Below are positions 18,497-27,440 of a stretch of 64,000 nucleotides of DNA, one piece after another. The stretch is taken from contig JAFQFR010000020.1 of NCBI GenBank assembly GCA_017398595.1, positions 9,196-73,195 of the forward strand, read 5' to 3'. Positions within the stretch are counted from its first letter, which is position 1. Each line of letters begins with the position of its first letter. Origin of the DNA: Clostridia bacterium (GTDB lineage Bacteria > Bacillota > Clostridia > Oscillospirales > CAG-272). Under the pieces are notes generated by a model. It saw only the letters and a list, made by a program, of their open reading frames with translations, searched no databases and was not told the DNA's origin. The position numbers were made by a program, and so were the translations under genes.

Positions 18497-20355
18497 GTGT
18501 TGCTCTCCTGTTCCTTGTGAAAATATGCTATGATCGCAGCGGCATCTCTCTCTGGAATGCCCCACTCGGCAAATTTGCCGATGTCTGCCCCTTTTATAGC
18601 AGTAAGACTGCCGGCAGCTTTCAGATATTTTTTTGCTTTTGCCGGACCAATGCCCGGCACTTCTTCCAACATCGAGCGTTTCAGCGTTTTCCGCTTTGCG
18701 CTGTCCATGCGGCTGACGGCATAGCGATGCACTTCTTCCTGCAGTCCGTAGATGAATACGAACACGCTTTGCTCGCGGGCGATGCTGATGTCCCGCTCTC
18801 CGTCGGTGAGCGCGCGCGTCTTGTGGTGCTCATCCTTGACCATGCCGTATACGGGAATCGAAACTCCGAGTTCGTGCAGCAGTGTACGCACCGTGCCGAC
18901 ATGTCCCGCACCGCCGTCGAGCAAGATCAGATCGGGTCGATGCGAAAAGCTCCCTTCCTCATCCGCAAGATGTGCAAGGCGGCGTGAAAGTGTCTCGCGC
19001 ATCGCGCCGTAATCATCGATACCGTCCGTCGTGCGGATCGAAAAAGAGCGGTAGTCCTTTTTCTTTAGTTTTCCGTTTTCGGCAACGATCATGCCCGCCG
19101 TGATATGCTCTCTGCCGAGGTTGGAAATATCGTATGCTTCTATACGATGCGGCGGATCCGGCAGTGCAAGCAGCGCCGCGAGCTTTGCCAACATTTTGTT
19201 GTCGCGCTCGCTTGCCTGTGCAAACTTCGCCGCCTTCTCCGCGGCGTTGTCATACACCATCTCGCACAGCTTTTTCAGCTCACCGCGCAGCGGACGGTGC
19301 ACGCTGATCTTTCGCCCCGCCTTTTCGCTGAGCAATGTTGCAAGTGCCTCTGCGCTTTCGCCGTCCGTGTCATTGTACAAAAGGATCTCGCGCGGAATAT
19401 ACTCACGCGTGGAATACAGTCCGCAGAGAAAGCTCGGAATATCCTCATCCGAAAGGATCTCGTCAGCGGAAAAGACATACTCGCCCTTATCCACGAGCAT
19501 GCCGCCGCGCACATAGAACACCGAGATCACGCTGCATTTGTCATCACTGTACAGCGCGACTACGTCCTGCTCCGCCTTCGGCGAGGAGACGACCTTTTGC
19601 CGCTCGGAGATCTTCTCGAGCGCCGCAATGCTGTCTCGGCATTTTGCTGCCGCCTCAAAATTTTCGATTTCGGCGCAGTGGTACATGCGTTTTTCCAGCT
19701 CGTCCTTCGCCAAGGCAAAGTCACCGCCGAGCACGCGCAGTGCCGCCGAAATGGCAGCGTCGTACTCCTCTTTCGCGCTTCCCTTGCGGCAAACACCCAT
19801 GCACTGCCCGATCTGATAATAGATGCAGGGACGCTCCTTGCCAATATCGCGCGGAAAAACACGCTTGCAGTTCGGAATACCGAGCGTTTTGCAAAGCGTA
19901 TCCACGATATTATATGCCACACTCACGCCCGAATACGGACCGAAATATTTGGCGCGATCCGCACCGCGGGTACGCGTGACAACGAGCCGCGGATACTCCT
20001 CGCCCGTAGTAACTTTAATATAAGGATAACTTTTGGAATCTTTTAAGTTGATGTTATACCGCGGATAATGCTCTTTGATCAGAACATTCTCCAGTGTGAG
20101 CGCCTCCATCTCGGTATCGCACAAAAAGAAGTCGAACTCCTGTACGGCAGCTACCATTTTTTTGGTCTTGATATTTTTCTCGCTGTTCTGAAAATACTGC
20201 GACACGCGATTTTTCAGCTTGCGCGATTTGCCGACATAGATGACCTCACCGGAGGCATTTTTCATAATATAAACGCCCGGCCGAAGCGGCAATGAATTCG
20301 CCTTTTCCAACAGGCGTGCCAGACGCTCCTCGCGGGTCTCTGTTATTTTTGCCAT
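18493..20355 (-). CDS. uvrC: Excinuclease ABC subunit C
   Basis: Start trimmed to ATG 20355 (AGGAGG RBS). GIY-YIG block PGVYIMKNASGEVIYVGKSRKLKNRVSQY and a C-terminal HhH region. Confidence 0.95.
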   Translation of the reverse strand: MAKITETREERLARLLEKANSLPLRPGVYIMKNASGEVIYVGKSRKLKNRVSQYFQNSEKNIKTKKMVAAVQEFDFFLCDTEMEALTLENVLIKEHYPRYNINLKDSKSYPYIKVTTGEEYPRLVVTRTRGADRAKYFGPYSGVSVAYNIVDTLCKTLGIPNCKRVFPRDIGKERPCIYYQIGQCMGVCRKGSAKEEYDAAISAALRVLGGDFALAKDELEKRMYHCAEIENFEAAAKCRDSIAALEKISERQKVVSSPKAEQDVVALYSDDKCSVISVFYVRGGMLVDKGEYVFSADEILSDEDIPSFLCGLYSTREYIPREILLYNDTDGESAEALATLLSEKAGRKISVHRPLRGELKKLCEMVYDNAAEKAAKFAQASERDNKMLAKLAALLALPDPPHRIEAYDISNLGREHITAGMIVAENGKLKKKDYRSFSIRTTDGIDDYGAMRETLSRRLAHLADEEGSFSHRPDLILLDGGAGHVGTVRTLLHELGVSIPVYGMVKDEHHKTRALTDGERDISIAREQSVFVFIYGLQEEVHRYAVSRMDSAKRKTLKRSMLEEVPGIGPAKAKKYLKAAGSLTAIKGADIGKFAEWGIPERDAAAIIAYFHKEQESNT

Positions 20356-20430
20356 ACAGCCTCCTGCAAAATAAGAAAGGCGACCACAACGAATTCCGTT
20401 ATGCCCGCCATTCAATAATCACCCTTTTGC

Positions 20431-20694
20431 TTATTCGTTGAAACCGTTTTCGATAAGCTCCTTGAGTCCTGCAATTGCCTCTTCCTCGTCGGAACCGTCT
20501 GCAACCAACGTAATGGTCATGCCGCTTACAATACCGAGGGAAAGAACGCCCAACAAACTCTTTGCATTTACGCTGCGATCATCTTTTTCCACCCAGATCG
20601 AACTCTTATAGGAATTTGCCTTCTGGATAAAGAAAGTCGCAGGTCTTGCATGCAAACCGACACTGTTGGTAATTGTAACTTCTTGGGTCATCAT
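20431..20694 (-). CDS. ptsH: Phosphocarrier protein HPr
   Basis: Start trimmed to MMTQEVTITNSVGLHARPATFF (His-15 context). A Ser-46 context VNAKSLLGVLSLG is present, and an AAGGAG RBS lies upstream. Confidence 0.9.
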   Translation of the reverse strand: MMTQEVTITNSVGLHARPATFFIQKANSYKSSIWVEKDDRSVNAKSLLGVLSLGIVSGMTITLVADGSDEEEAIAGLKELIENGFNE

Positions 20695-20835
20695 ATCAGA
20701 AAATCGCTCCTTCATTCCAAAACAGGTACCTAAGTACACAATGATGCGCTTATTACTGTAATTTAGTATAACAAATCCATGGAAAAAATGCAAGCACTTT
20801 TCAATATTTTTTAATATTTCAGTACTTTTTACGCA

Positions 20836-21312
20836 TTATTTGAGTGTAATATCGGTAATCAGAATGTTTACATTGATGTCCGGCAGGTAAGCATAGGTCG
20901 TCATACCGGGAGCAATATACTGCGTTCCGCCCATCAAAAAGCCGCTCTCGCTCATTTGTCCCTCGCATTCAAAAGTACCGACGAGGTCCACACGTCCTGC
21001 TTCGGAGTACGCCTTGATGATCTCACCGTTCTCTTCATAATAATATACAGAAGGTGTGGCTGTGATCTCGCCGACGATCCTGCCCATGTCGCAGCCGAGC
21101 GACTGGCTGTAGATCTTATCCCCTGCTTTAAAGCAGTACTGCGACGCACTCTGCACATTGGAGACATGGAACGTGATCACGGCAGTCTGTGTCTCCAGCT
21201 TCGGATCTGTGTTCTTCGCACCGCCGCGCAGCAGCGCACCCGCAATGCAAAGCACTACAGCCGCCAAAATCAGAAAATCCAGGATATTTACACGAAGTTT
21301 TCTCTTACTCAT
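20836..21312 (-). CDS. DUF4330-like small membrane-anchored protein
   Basis: 158 aa with the N-terminal anchor RVNILDFLILAAVVLCIAGALL. The family name is recalled from memory and not verified. Confidence 0.6.
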   Translation of the reverse strand: MSKRKLRVNILDFLILAAVVLCIAGALLRGGAKNTDPKLETQTAVITFHVSNVQSASQYCFKAGDKIYSQSLGCDMGRIVGEITATPSVYYYEENGEIIKAYSEAGRVDLVGTFECEGQMSESGFLMGGTQYIAPGMTTYAYLPDINVNILITDITLK

Positions 21313-21322
21313 CGTCCGCTCC

Positions 21323-21811
21323 TTACTTGATCAGCATTTCGCTGACATAGCCCGTACCGCAGAAATTCTTGGCATGGATACTGATGCCCGTGCCTACAGC
21401 CATTTTAATACCGTTGACGTAATACATCTCGTCGGATTCATACCCATCCGCCTGAATCGTAATATAAACGGTAACGTAATCGGGATGCGTTGCCACCTGC
21501 ATCATGTCGGTCTCCTGGTTATACACATCCTTGGTATAAGGCTCATACCGTACGGATGTCACTGTGCCGAGTCCCAAGCGTTTTGCTGCCTCGACCACCG
21601 CATCTCCCACCTGCACTTTATCGGCAAATTCGGAACGCAGACCGCTGAACTGCAACGTGTATTCCACCGTCAGGCTTTCCTTGTCCGAAGACGCATCCAC
21701 GCCAAAAGCATTGGCGATCATGATCGCACCGACCGCGATCACGCACGCGATCACTACCGTGATCAAAACATCTACGATATTGATCCGAAAAGATCTTTTT
21801 TCTTCTGTCAT
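21323..21811 (-). CDS. DUF4330-like small membrane-anchored protein (paralog of the previous gene)
   Basis: 162 aa with FRINIVDVLITVVIACVIAVGAIMIA and the same architecture. Confidence 0.6.
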   Translation of the reverse strand: MTEEKRSFRINIVDVLITVVIACVIAVGAIMIANAFGVDASSDKESLTVEYTLQFSGLRSEFADKVQVGDAVVEAAKRLGLGTVTSVRYEPYTKDVYNQETDMMQVATHPDYVTVYITIQADGYESDEMYYVNGIKMAVGTGISIHAKNFCGTGYVSEMLIK

Positions 21812-21812
21812 C

Positions 21813-23741
21813 TTAGTTTTCCCCCAATGTCAAATCTACGCTGCACGCGCTGCTTGTATACATGTGCTTTTGCCGTGCGGCATAGTCGATGCGCCGTGCC
21901 GCGGCGACAAGACCGATCACTAACCAAAACACAAAGAACACGCGATAGTTATACCATACATAATCGGTCATGCCCTGCACCAGTGCCGCCAGCACGCCGC
22001 AAAGTGCGCCGCAACCGATCAGACGAACTTCTTTGTCCGCTCCGTGCTTGGCAAGCGAAAAGCCGCACTGGAACAGGCAGATCAAAAGTGCAAGGAATAT
22101 AATAAAGCCGAAAATGCCGACCTCGATAAACAGCTGCAAAAACAGATTGTGCGCATGCGGTGCTTTTTCAATGCCCGCAAACGAGTAGTACGGATAGATG
22201 CGGTTGAACGCCTCTTCACCGATGCCGATGCCCGTCAATGCATAATCCGCCGCCATCTTGGTACTGCCGCGCCAGATATACACGCGGTAGTTCGTAGAGG
22301 TATCGGTCAGGTCGCCGATGCTCGAAAAGCGGGAAACGATGCTTGCGGGCAGATACGGGATCAGCATAGGCAGTGCAAGCACGCCCGCCAGCAGCAGTCC
22401 CATTGTGCGTTTGTTCCACATGAGCAGGAAAACGACCGCCGCAAACAAAAAGCCGAGCCATGCGCCGCGCGCCCATGTGTAAATCAGACATGCTGCACCT
22501 GCGGCAAACGAGAGAATATATCGCGGCTTCTTCCACCAGTTCTTTTCTCCGATCATTTCCGCCGCCAAAAGAGGCAGCAGCAGGATCAGATACAGACCGA
22601 GCATATTGGGATTTTCAAATGTGGAGACCACGCGTCCGCCGATCGACTCAAACATTTCGGTGTCGATCCACTCGGCAGAGATATTGCCGGTGAAATTCTG
22701 ATACAAGCCGTATGCCGAAACCAGCAGCAGAGACACGCACAGTACCGTCGCCGACTTTTTCAGCATCTCCTTGGTGTTGACAAGTCCGACCGTCAAAAAG
22801 TAACCGAGCATAAGCACCACATAGATGGATGCCGCCTTGATCGACTGCATACCGCCGTAAGAGATCAAACCGCCGAGCAGCATCACCGCCATAAAGCAGA
22901 TCACCAGAGCATCCAGCAGTTCAAATTTGCAGGAGCGCTTTCCTAAAATCACCTTGATCACAAAGCAGCCGAATGTGTAAACGGTCAGCAATGCGAGCAG
23001 GATACTCGGATGCGGCAGCACCACCAAAAACGGCAGGATAAACAGTATCAAAAGGTAGCCGCACTCGGGGTTCAGCAAAACAATATACGCAAAGATCAAA
23101 CCGATCATCAAGATCAGCATCAGCGCCGGATTTACGAAACAGGAAAGAATACCGAACGGCAGTCCCAAAATAAACGCCGCGTTTTTGCGCCCTGTCGGTT
23201 TTCCTTCCACCTGAAAGCTCCGTTCGCGGAAACCGCAGAAGTCCCGCGCGATCCTGCCGAACACCGCGCTGTCGTACACGACGCTGCAAAGCGCCCGCTT
23301 GGAAAACAAAAACGGAATGCTGAGCAGAATGATCGCCACCGAGATCGCACCGTATAAGAGCGTTTGATCGCTCGGCGCCAAAAGATACAGAATGAGCTGT
23401 GCCAAGAGAGAATAAAATCCCGATGACATCAAGAATACGCCGATTACACGCATCGACAATCGGCTGAGATACCGCATCATCGAACCGATCGCGGTTACAT
23501 ACACGCTTTCTTCCATATTCGAGGCAAGAAAACGACTGACCGCGCCGCGCTTTTTCTTTTGTTTGGAGCCTACCGCGCTGTCCTCAAAGGTCTCGCACAT
23601 CGTATCGTACGAGCCGAACGCAAAGCTGTATGCGCCCTGCCCCAGCTTTTTATAGAGCAAGCTGCCGAGTTTATCCAACCCGCGCAGGATCGCGCTGCCT
23701 TCCAAAAAGCCCGAAAGCCATTTCCCGAATCCGCTTTTCAC
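21813..23741 (-). CDS. O-antigen ligase/polymerase (Wzy_C)-like polytopic membrane protein
   Basis: 642 aa with many TM helices. Wzy_C-like region WARGAWLGFLFAAVVFLLMW ... HAHNLFLQLFIEVGIFGFIIFLALL. The GTG start at 23741 overlaps the trmD stop (GTGA), and an AAGGAG RBS lies inside the trmD 3' end. Confidence 0.75.
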   Translation of the reverse strand: MKSGFGKWLSGFLEGSAILRGLDKLGSLLYKKLGQGAYSFAFGSYDTMCETFEDSAVGSKQKKKRGAVSRFLASNMEESVYVTAIGSMMRYLSRLSMRVIGVFLMSSGFYSLLAQLILYLLAPSDQTLLYGAISVAIILLSIPFLFSKRALCSVVYDSAVFGRIARDFCGFRERSFQVEGKPTGRKNAAFILGLPFGILSCFVNPALMLILMIGLIFAYIVLLNPECGYLLILFILPFLVVLPHPSILLALLTVYTFGCFVIKVILGKRSCKFELLDALVICFMAVMLLGGLISYGGMQSIKAASIYVVLMLGYFLTVGLVNTKEMLKKSATVLCVSLLLVSAYGLYQNFTGNISAEWIDTEMFESIGGRVVSTFENPNMLGLYLILLLPLLAAEMIGEKNWWKKPRYILSFAAGAACLIYTWARGAWLGFLFAAVVFLLMWNKRTMGLLLAGVLALPMLIPYLPASIVSRFSSIGDLTDTSTNYRVYIWRGSTKMAADYALTGIGIGEEAFNRIYPYYSFAGIEKAPHAHNLFLQLFIEVGIFGFIIFLALLICLFQCGFSLAKHGADKEVRLIGCGALCGVLAALVQGMTDYVWYNYRVFFVFWLVIGLVAAARRIDYAARQKHMYTSSACSVDLTLGEN

Positions 23742-24487
23742 GTCTCTTCTCCTTTCCGTCTTGTTTTTTTCTTCTTTTCCACAGGCGGGTGCGCCGCTTC
23801 CCAGACCGCATAGAGGTCAGGGCGGTTTTTCTTGGTCAGTTCCACCGACTGTTCCAGCCGCCATTTTTCAATATTTTCATGGTGCCCCGAGATCAGCACA
23901 TCGGGCACCTTTTTGCCGTGAAATTCATACGGACGGGTATACTGCGGATACTCAAGGAGTCCGCTTGCAATGCTCTCTTTTTCAAAGCATTCGGTATCCG
24001 AGAGCACACCGTCCACCAGGCGCGCCACCGCGTCGGTCACAATACACGCGGGCAGTTCGCCGCCCGTCAGCACAAAATCGCCGATAGAGATCTCCTCATC
24101 CACGATCTCCTCTATGATGCGCGCATCCACGCCCTCATAGTGTCCGCAAAGGATCACCACATTGTCATATGCCGCAAGCTCACACGCCTTTTGATGATTG
24201 AAAATACTGCCGCGCGGAGACATGTAGATCACTCTGCGGCGCACATCTTCAGGCTGCATTGCGCAGATCGCACGAAAGCAATTGTCGATCGGCGGCGCCG
24301 CCATCAGCATGCCCATGCCGCCGCCGTAAGGCGTATCGTCCACGCGGCGGTGCTTATCCTCCGAGTAGTCGCGGATGTTGTGCGCATGCACTTCGATCGC
24401 GCCGCTTTTCTGTGCTCTGCCGATGATGCTCTCGCCGAGGATCCCCGTCACAAGGTCGGGAAACAGCGTCATTATGTCAAAACGCAT
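23738..24487 (-). CDS. trmD: tRNA (guanine37-N1)-methyltransferase TrmD
   Basis: 249 aa with MRFDIMTLFPD, YGGGMGMLM and a Lys/Arg-rich C-terminal extension. Confidence 0.95.
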   Translation of the reverse strand: MRFDIMTLFPDLVTGILGESIIGRAQKSGAIEVHAHNIRDYSEDKHRRVDDTPYGGGMGMLMAAPPIDNCFRAICAMQPEDVRRRVIYMSPRGSIFNHQKACELAAYDNVVILCGHYEGVDARIIEEIVDEEISIGDFVLTGGELPACIVTDAVARLVDGVLSDTECFEKESIASGLLEYPQYTRPYEFHGKKVPDVLISGHHENIEKWRLEQSVELTKKNRPDLYAVWEAAHPPVEKKKKTRRKGEET

Positions 24488-24990
24488 CAGTCAAACATCC
24501 CTTCAATCGCTTGTATATAGATCCCGCTCTCGGGGTCAATCTTTTTGACGAACGCGGGTACCACGGGAACCAAGAACTTTCCCTTTTCGGTTTGCACTTC
24601 ATACAGATCCGAGGCAGCGCCCGAGATCACATCGGTGAGCACGCCGTATTTTTCTCCCGTTTCGAGTTCCAACACGGGCAGACCAAGCAGATCCTGCACA
24701 AAGTAGTCGCCCTCTCCGAGCGGCAGATCACCGCGCGCAGCAAACAACACTGTGTTTTTGAGCACCGCCGCCTGCTCCAGTACGGTGATGCCTTCCAGCG
24801 CCGCAAGCACCCTGCCTTTGTAAACAGATGCTTTTTGCACCTTGATGGGCGAATAAACGCCGTTTTTCTCGGTATATACTGTTTTCAGCGCGGCAAGCAC
24901 CTCGGGGCTGTCGCACCATGATTCTATGAGCACATCGCCGCGCACACCGTGCGTATTGGCGATTTTTCCGCATTCCAGATATTCTTTCAT
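24487..24990 (-). CDS. rimM: 16S rRNA processing protein RimM
   Basis: Start trimmed to MKEYLECGKIANTHGVRGDVLIES. Directly abuts trmD. Confidence 0.9.
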   Translation of the reverse strand: MKEYLECGKIANTHGVRGDVLIESWCDSPEVLAALKTVYTEKNGVYSPIKVQKASVYKGRVLAALEGITVLEQAAVLKNTVLFAARGDLPLGEGDYFVQDLLGLPVLELETGEKYGVLTDVISGAASDLYEVQTEKGKFLVPVVPAFVKKIDPESGIYIQAIEGMFD

Positions 24991-25065
24991 TGTGTTCCCT
25001 TTTCTGCTTTGTATTAAAATATAGTATACCACATAAAGACTCTGTTTGTAAACAACAATTTATGC

Positions 25066-25094
25066 TTGCTTTCGTCGCTTTTTCATTGTATAAT
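25066..25094 (+). promoter_or_regulatory. Candidate sigma-A promoter for smpB
   Basis: TTGCTT (25066-25071), a 17-nt spacer, then TGtTATAAT (-10 at 25089-25094). Confidence 0.55.
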
Positions 25095-25124
25095 AAACTG
25101 GAACCACAAAAGGAGGTATGCACC

Positions 25125-25589
25125 GTGGAAAAGAAAGCAGGCAAGAGCATTGCACAGAACAAAAAAGCATACCACGACTACTTCGTGCTGGAAAAATACG
25201 AGGCGGGCGTGGCGCTCTACGGAACAGAGGTAAAATCCCTGCGTCAGGGCGCGGTCAACCTCAAGGACTCCTATTGTGAGATCAAGAACGGCGAGTTGTT
25301 TGCACTCGGCGTGCATATCAGTCCGTATGAAAAAGGAAATATTTACAACCGCGAGCCCCTGCGCGAAAAGAAGCTGCTGATGCACAAACGTGAGATCATC
25401 CGCCTGTTCTCTAAAGTCAAAGAAGACGGACTCACTCTCGTTCCGCTGTCGCTCTACTTCTCGGGTTCGCATGTGAAAGTCGAAGTCGGACTCTGCAAAG
25501 GTAAAAAACTCTATGACAAGCGCGAATCGGATGCAAAACGGCAGGCTTCACGCGATATTGACCGTGCTATGAAGGACAGAAGATCATGA
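25125..25589 (+). CDS. smpB: SsrA-binding protein SmpB
   Basis: In-frame GTG at 25125, 8 nt after AGGAGG (25111-25116). Contains IAQNKKAYHDYFVLEKYEAGVALYGTEVKSLR. Confidence 0.93.
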   Translation: MEKKAGKSIAQNKKAYHDYFVLEKYEAGVALYGTEVKSLRQGAVNLKDSYCEIKNGELFALGVHISPYEKGNIYNREPLREKKLLMHKREIIRLFSKVKEDGLTLVPLSLYFSGSHVKVEVGLCKGKKLYDKRESDAKRQASRDIDRAMKDRRS

Positions 25590-26446
25590 TCTACGAAATA
25601 AAAAATATCGAACTCGATTATTCCAAAATAGATGTGCAAAAACCGCAAAATGCGCCCTACGCACCGTACATGAAAGTGTTCGTGCCGAATTTGGACGGCG
25701 ATATGCAGAAGTATAATGTCGGCACGCGCCCGACTGTTTTGGTACTGCCCGGCGGCGGTTACAGCTTCACTTCCGAGCGTGAGGCAGAGCCGATCGCGAT
25801 GCGGTTTCTCTCCCGCGGATGCAATGTCTGCATCCTGCACTACACCGTAGGGGATACGCCTTTCCCTGTTGCACTGCTGGAAGCGCTCAGCGCGATCCGA
25901 TACATCCGCGAAAATCTTACCGCGTGGCAGGGCTCGGCAGATAAAGTGTATGTCTGCGGCTTTTCCGCAGGCGGTCACCTCGCCGCAAGCGTCGGCGTAT
26001 TTTGGGATAAAGAAATCTCCAAAAACTACTTCGGCGATACCGAAGCCGTTCGCCCGAACGGTCTGATCCTCTCCTACCCTGTGATCACAAGCGATCCGGC
26101 ACTCACGCACGAAGGATCCATACAACATCTGCTCGGTGGCAGAACCGATCCCGCTCTGCGCGAAATGGTGTCGCTCGAAAAGCAAGTCTCTGAAAGCACA
26201 CCGCCGTCTTTCCTTTGGACGACGTTTGCGGATGATCTCGTTCCCTATGAGAATACGATGCTGTTTGCCTCTGCTTTGCAGAAGCACGGCATCCCGTTTG
26301 AGCTGCACATTTTTGAAAAGGGGCCGCACGGCGGCGCTACCGGCGATAAGGTTTCCTGTATACAGAATCATCGCTTCGGCGCATGGCTGGATCTGGCATG
26401 CGACTGGTGCCTGGATACGCGCCTTGTGCCAAAGAAATCCACTTGA
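25586..26446 (+). CDS. Alpha/beta-hydrolase esterase
   Basis: 286 aa with LVLPGGGYSFTS and the nucleophile elbow VCGFSAGGHLA. ATGA overlap with the smpB stop. Confidence 0.8.
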   Translation: MIYEIKNIELDYSKIDVQKPQNAPYAPYMKVFVPNLDGDMQKYNVGTRPTVLVLPGGGYSFTSEREAEPIAMRFLSRGCNVCILHYTVGDTPFPVALLEALSAIRYIRENLTAWQGSADKVYVCGFSAGGHLAASVGVFWDKEISKNYFGDTEAVRPNGLILSYPVITSDPALTHEGSIQHLLGGRTDPALREMVSLEKQVSESTPPSFLWTTFADDLVPYENTMLFASALQKHGIPFELHIFEKGPHGGATGDKVSCIQNHRFGAWLDLACDWCLDTRLVPKKST

Positions 26447-26471
26447 CATTGCGCATCACGCGTGTTAAAAT
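26443..26471 (+). promoter_or_regulatory. Candidate sigma-A promoter for ssrA
   Basis: TTGACA (26443-26448), a 17-nt spacer, then TAAAAT (26466-26471). Confidence 0.6.
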
Positions 26472-26513
26472 ATTTACCTACCGATAAATCACGGCACAAA
26501 CGTGCCGTCCCAT

Positions 26514-26880
26514 GGGGGCGTAAAGGTTTCGACGGGGATTTTGAGGTATGATAAGCGGGTAGAGGTCGGGGATCCTCTCTAAAAGCTCCAACTTAAAATT
26601 AAACGCTAACGATAACGTAGCACTGGCAGCGTAAGCTGTGCCGCTGCTTTTTCAAGCAGCCCGTCAGACCGTTGAGGACCACGGCTTCGGATCTGGCGTC
26701 ATGCAGTGGTAAATGTGCACCGCCCGTTTGCTTTTGAAGCGGTCATAAAGAAAAAAGCTACCAAACCGTTACCCCCGTGCACCGGGGTGCGGCGCGGGAA
26801 ATCTTAAAGGTGTCCTGCACCCGGAGAAAGTTATATCAAGGGATTTTCGGACGGGGGTTCGATTCCCCCCGCCTCCACCA
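26514..26880 (+). ncRNA. ssrA: tmRNA (SsrA)
   Basis: The 5' end GGGGGCGTAAAGGTTTCGACGGGG pairs with the 3' end CGCCTCCACCA, including the G3-U pair. T-arm is GGGGGTTCGATTCCCCC. The tag reading frame is 26605-26634: gct aac gat aac gta gca ctg gca gcg taa, giving ANDNVALAA. Confidence 0.95.
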
Positions 26881-26885
26881 GAAAG

Positions 26886-26916
26886 AAAAAAGAGCCATGC
26901 GGCTCTTTTTCTTTTT
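26886..26916 (+). terminator. ssrA terminator
   Basis: aaaaagagcc-atgc-ggctcttttt followed by a T-rich run. Confidence 0.8.
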
Positions 26917-26987
26917 GCGTCGAAAGTGAAGGTGCGAGAACCACCGCGCGCAAGCGCGGGGGTCAATGGCTTCGCGCAGCGAAGACA

Positions 26988-27012
26988 ATTTCCCCACCGC
27001 CTCCACCAGAAA
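26988..27012. repeat. Second, degenerate copy of the ssrA 3' end (att-like direct repeat)
   Basis: ccgcctccaccagaaa at 26997-27012 is identical to 26869-26884. The preceding gggggtcaa...aatttcccc resembles a T-arm interrupted by a hairpin. Confidence 0.75.
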
Positions 27013-27041
27013 AACCGACTTGTTTTTACAAGTCGGTTTTT
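27011..27041 (+). terminator. Hairpin terminator after the ssrA 3'-end duplicate
   Basis: aaaaccgacttgt-tttt-acaagtcggtttt. Confidence 0.65.
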
Positions 27042-27066
27042 CAACTAAATCCACCCTTACGGGTGG

Positions 27067-27170
27067 GTGAAATATTGCTTCGCAATGTGAAATACGCCTG
27101 CGGCGTGTGAAATCGCTGCGGCGGTGGGTGGATTTAATTTCACATTTTGCCGCAAGGCAAAATATTTCAC
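27067..27170. repeat. Phased GTGAAAT heptamer array (3 direct copies at exactly 20-bp spacing, 1 degenerate, 2 inverted)
   Basis: GTGAAAT at 27067, 27087 and 27107. GTGGATT at 27128. ATTTCAC at 27137 and 27164. Each unit carries a different short GC hairpin (attgc-ttc-gcaat, acgcc-tgc-ggcgt, ttgcc-gcaa-ggcaa). Confidence 0.8.
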
Positions 27171-27440
27171 TATTAACGAGAGTTATGCCCCCTACTTTGC
27201 GAGTTAATTTTACCATGAGCAAATGCAAACCATTTCACTTTTTAAATTTTCGCAACCAAGGAAATGTTTTTTCCTCATCGTTATGATATAATGAAAATGC
27301 CAAACGGGAAAGGGGCATCCGACAGGGTTGCATTCAAGCACACCATTCGATATATCGAAAAAATCGCATAGAGAAATTATCATAGACGAATTGGCAAAGT
27401 ACAGTACACTATTCCAACTGAGATCGCGGAGGAGCAATAT

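Noticed and set aside
27346-27359. A perfect 14-bp palindrome TTCGATATATCGAA in the GNAT gene leader.
   Set aside because: It is a single AT-rich palindrome with no second copy or phasing, so it could easily be chance. It is noted only as a possible operator.
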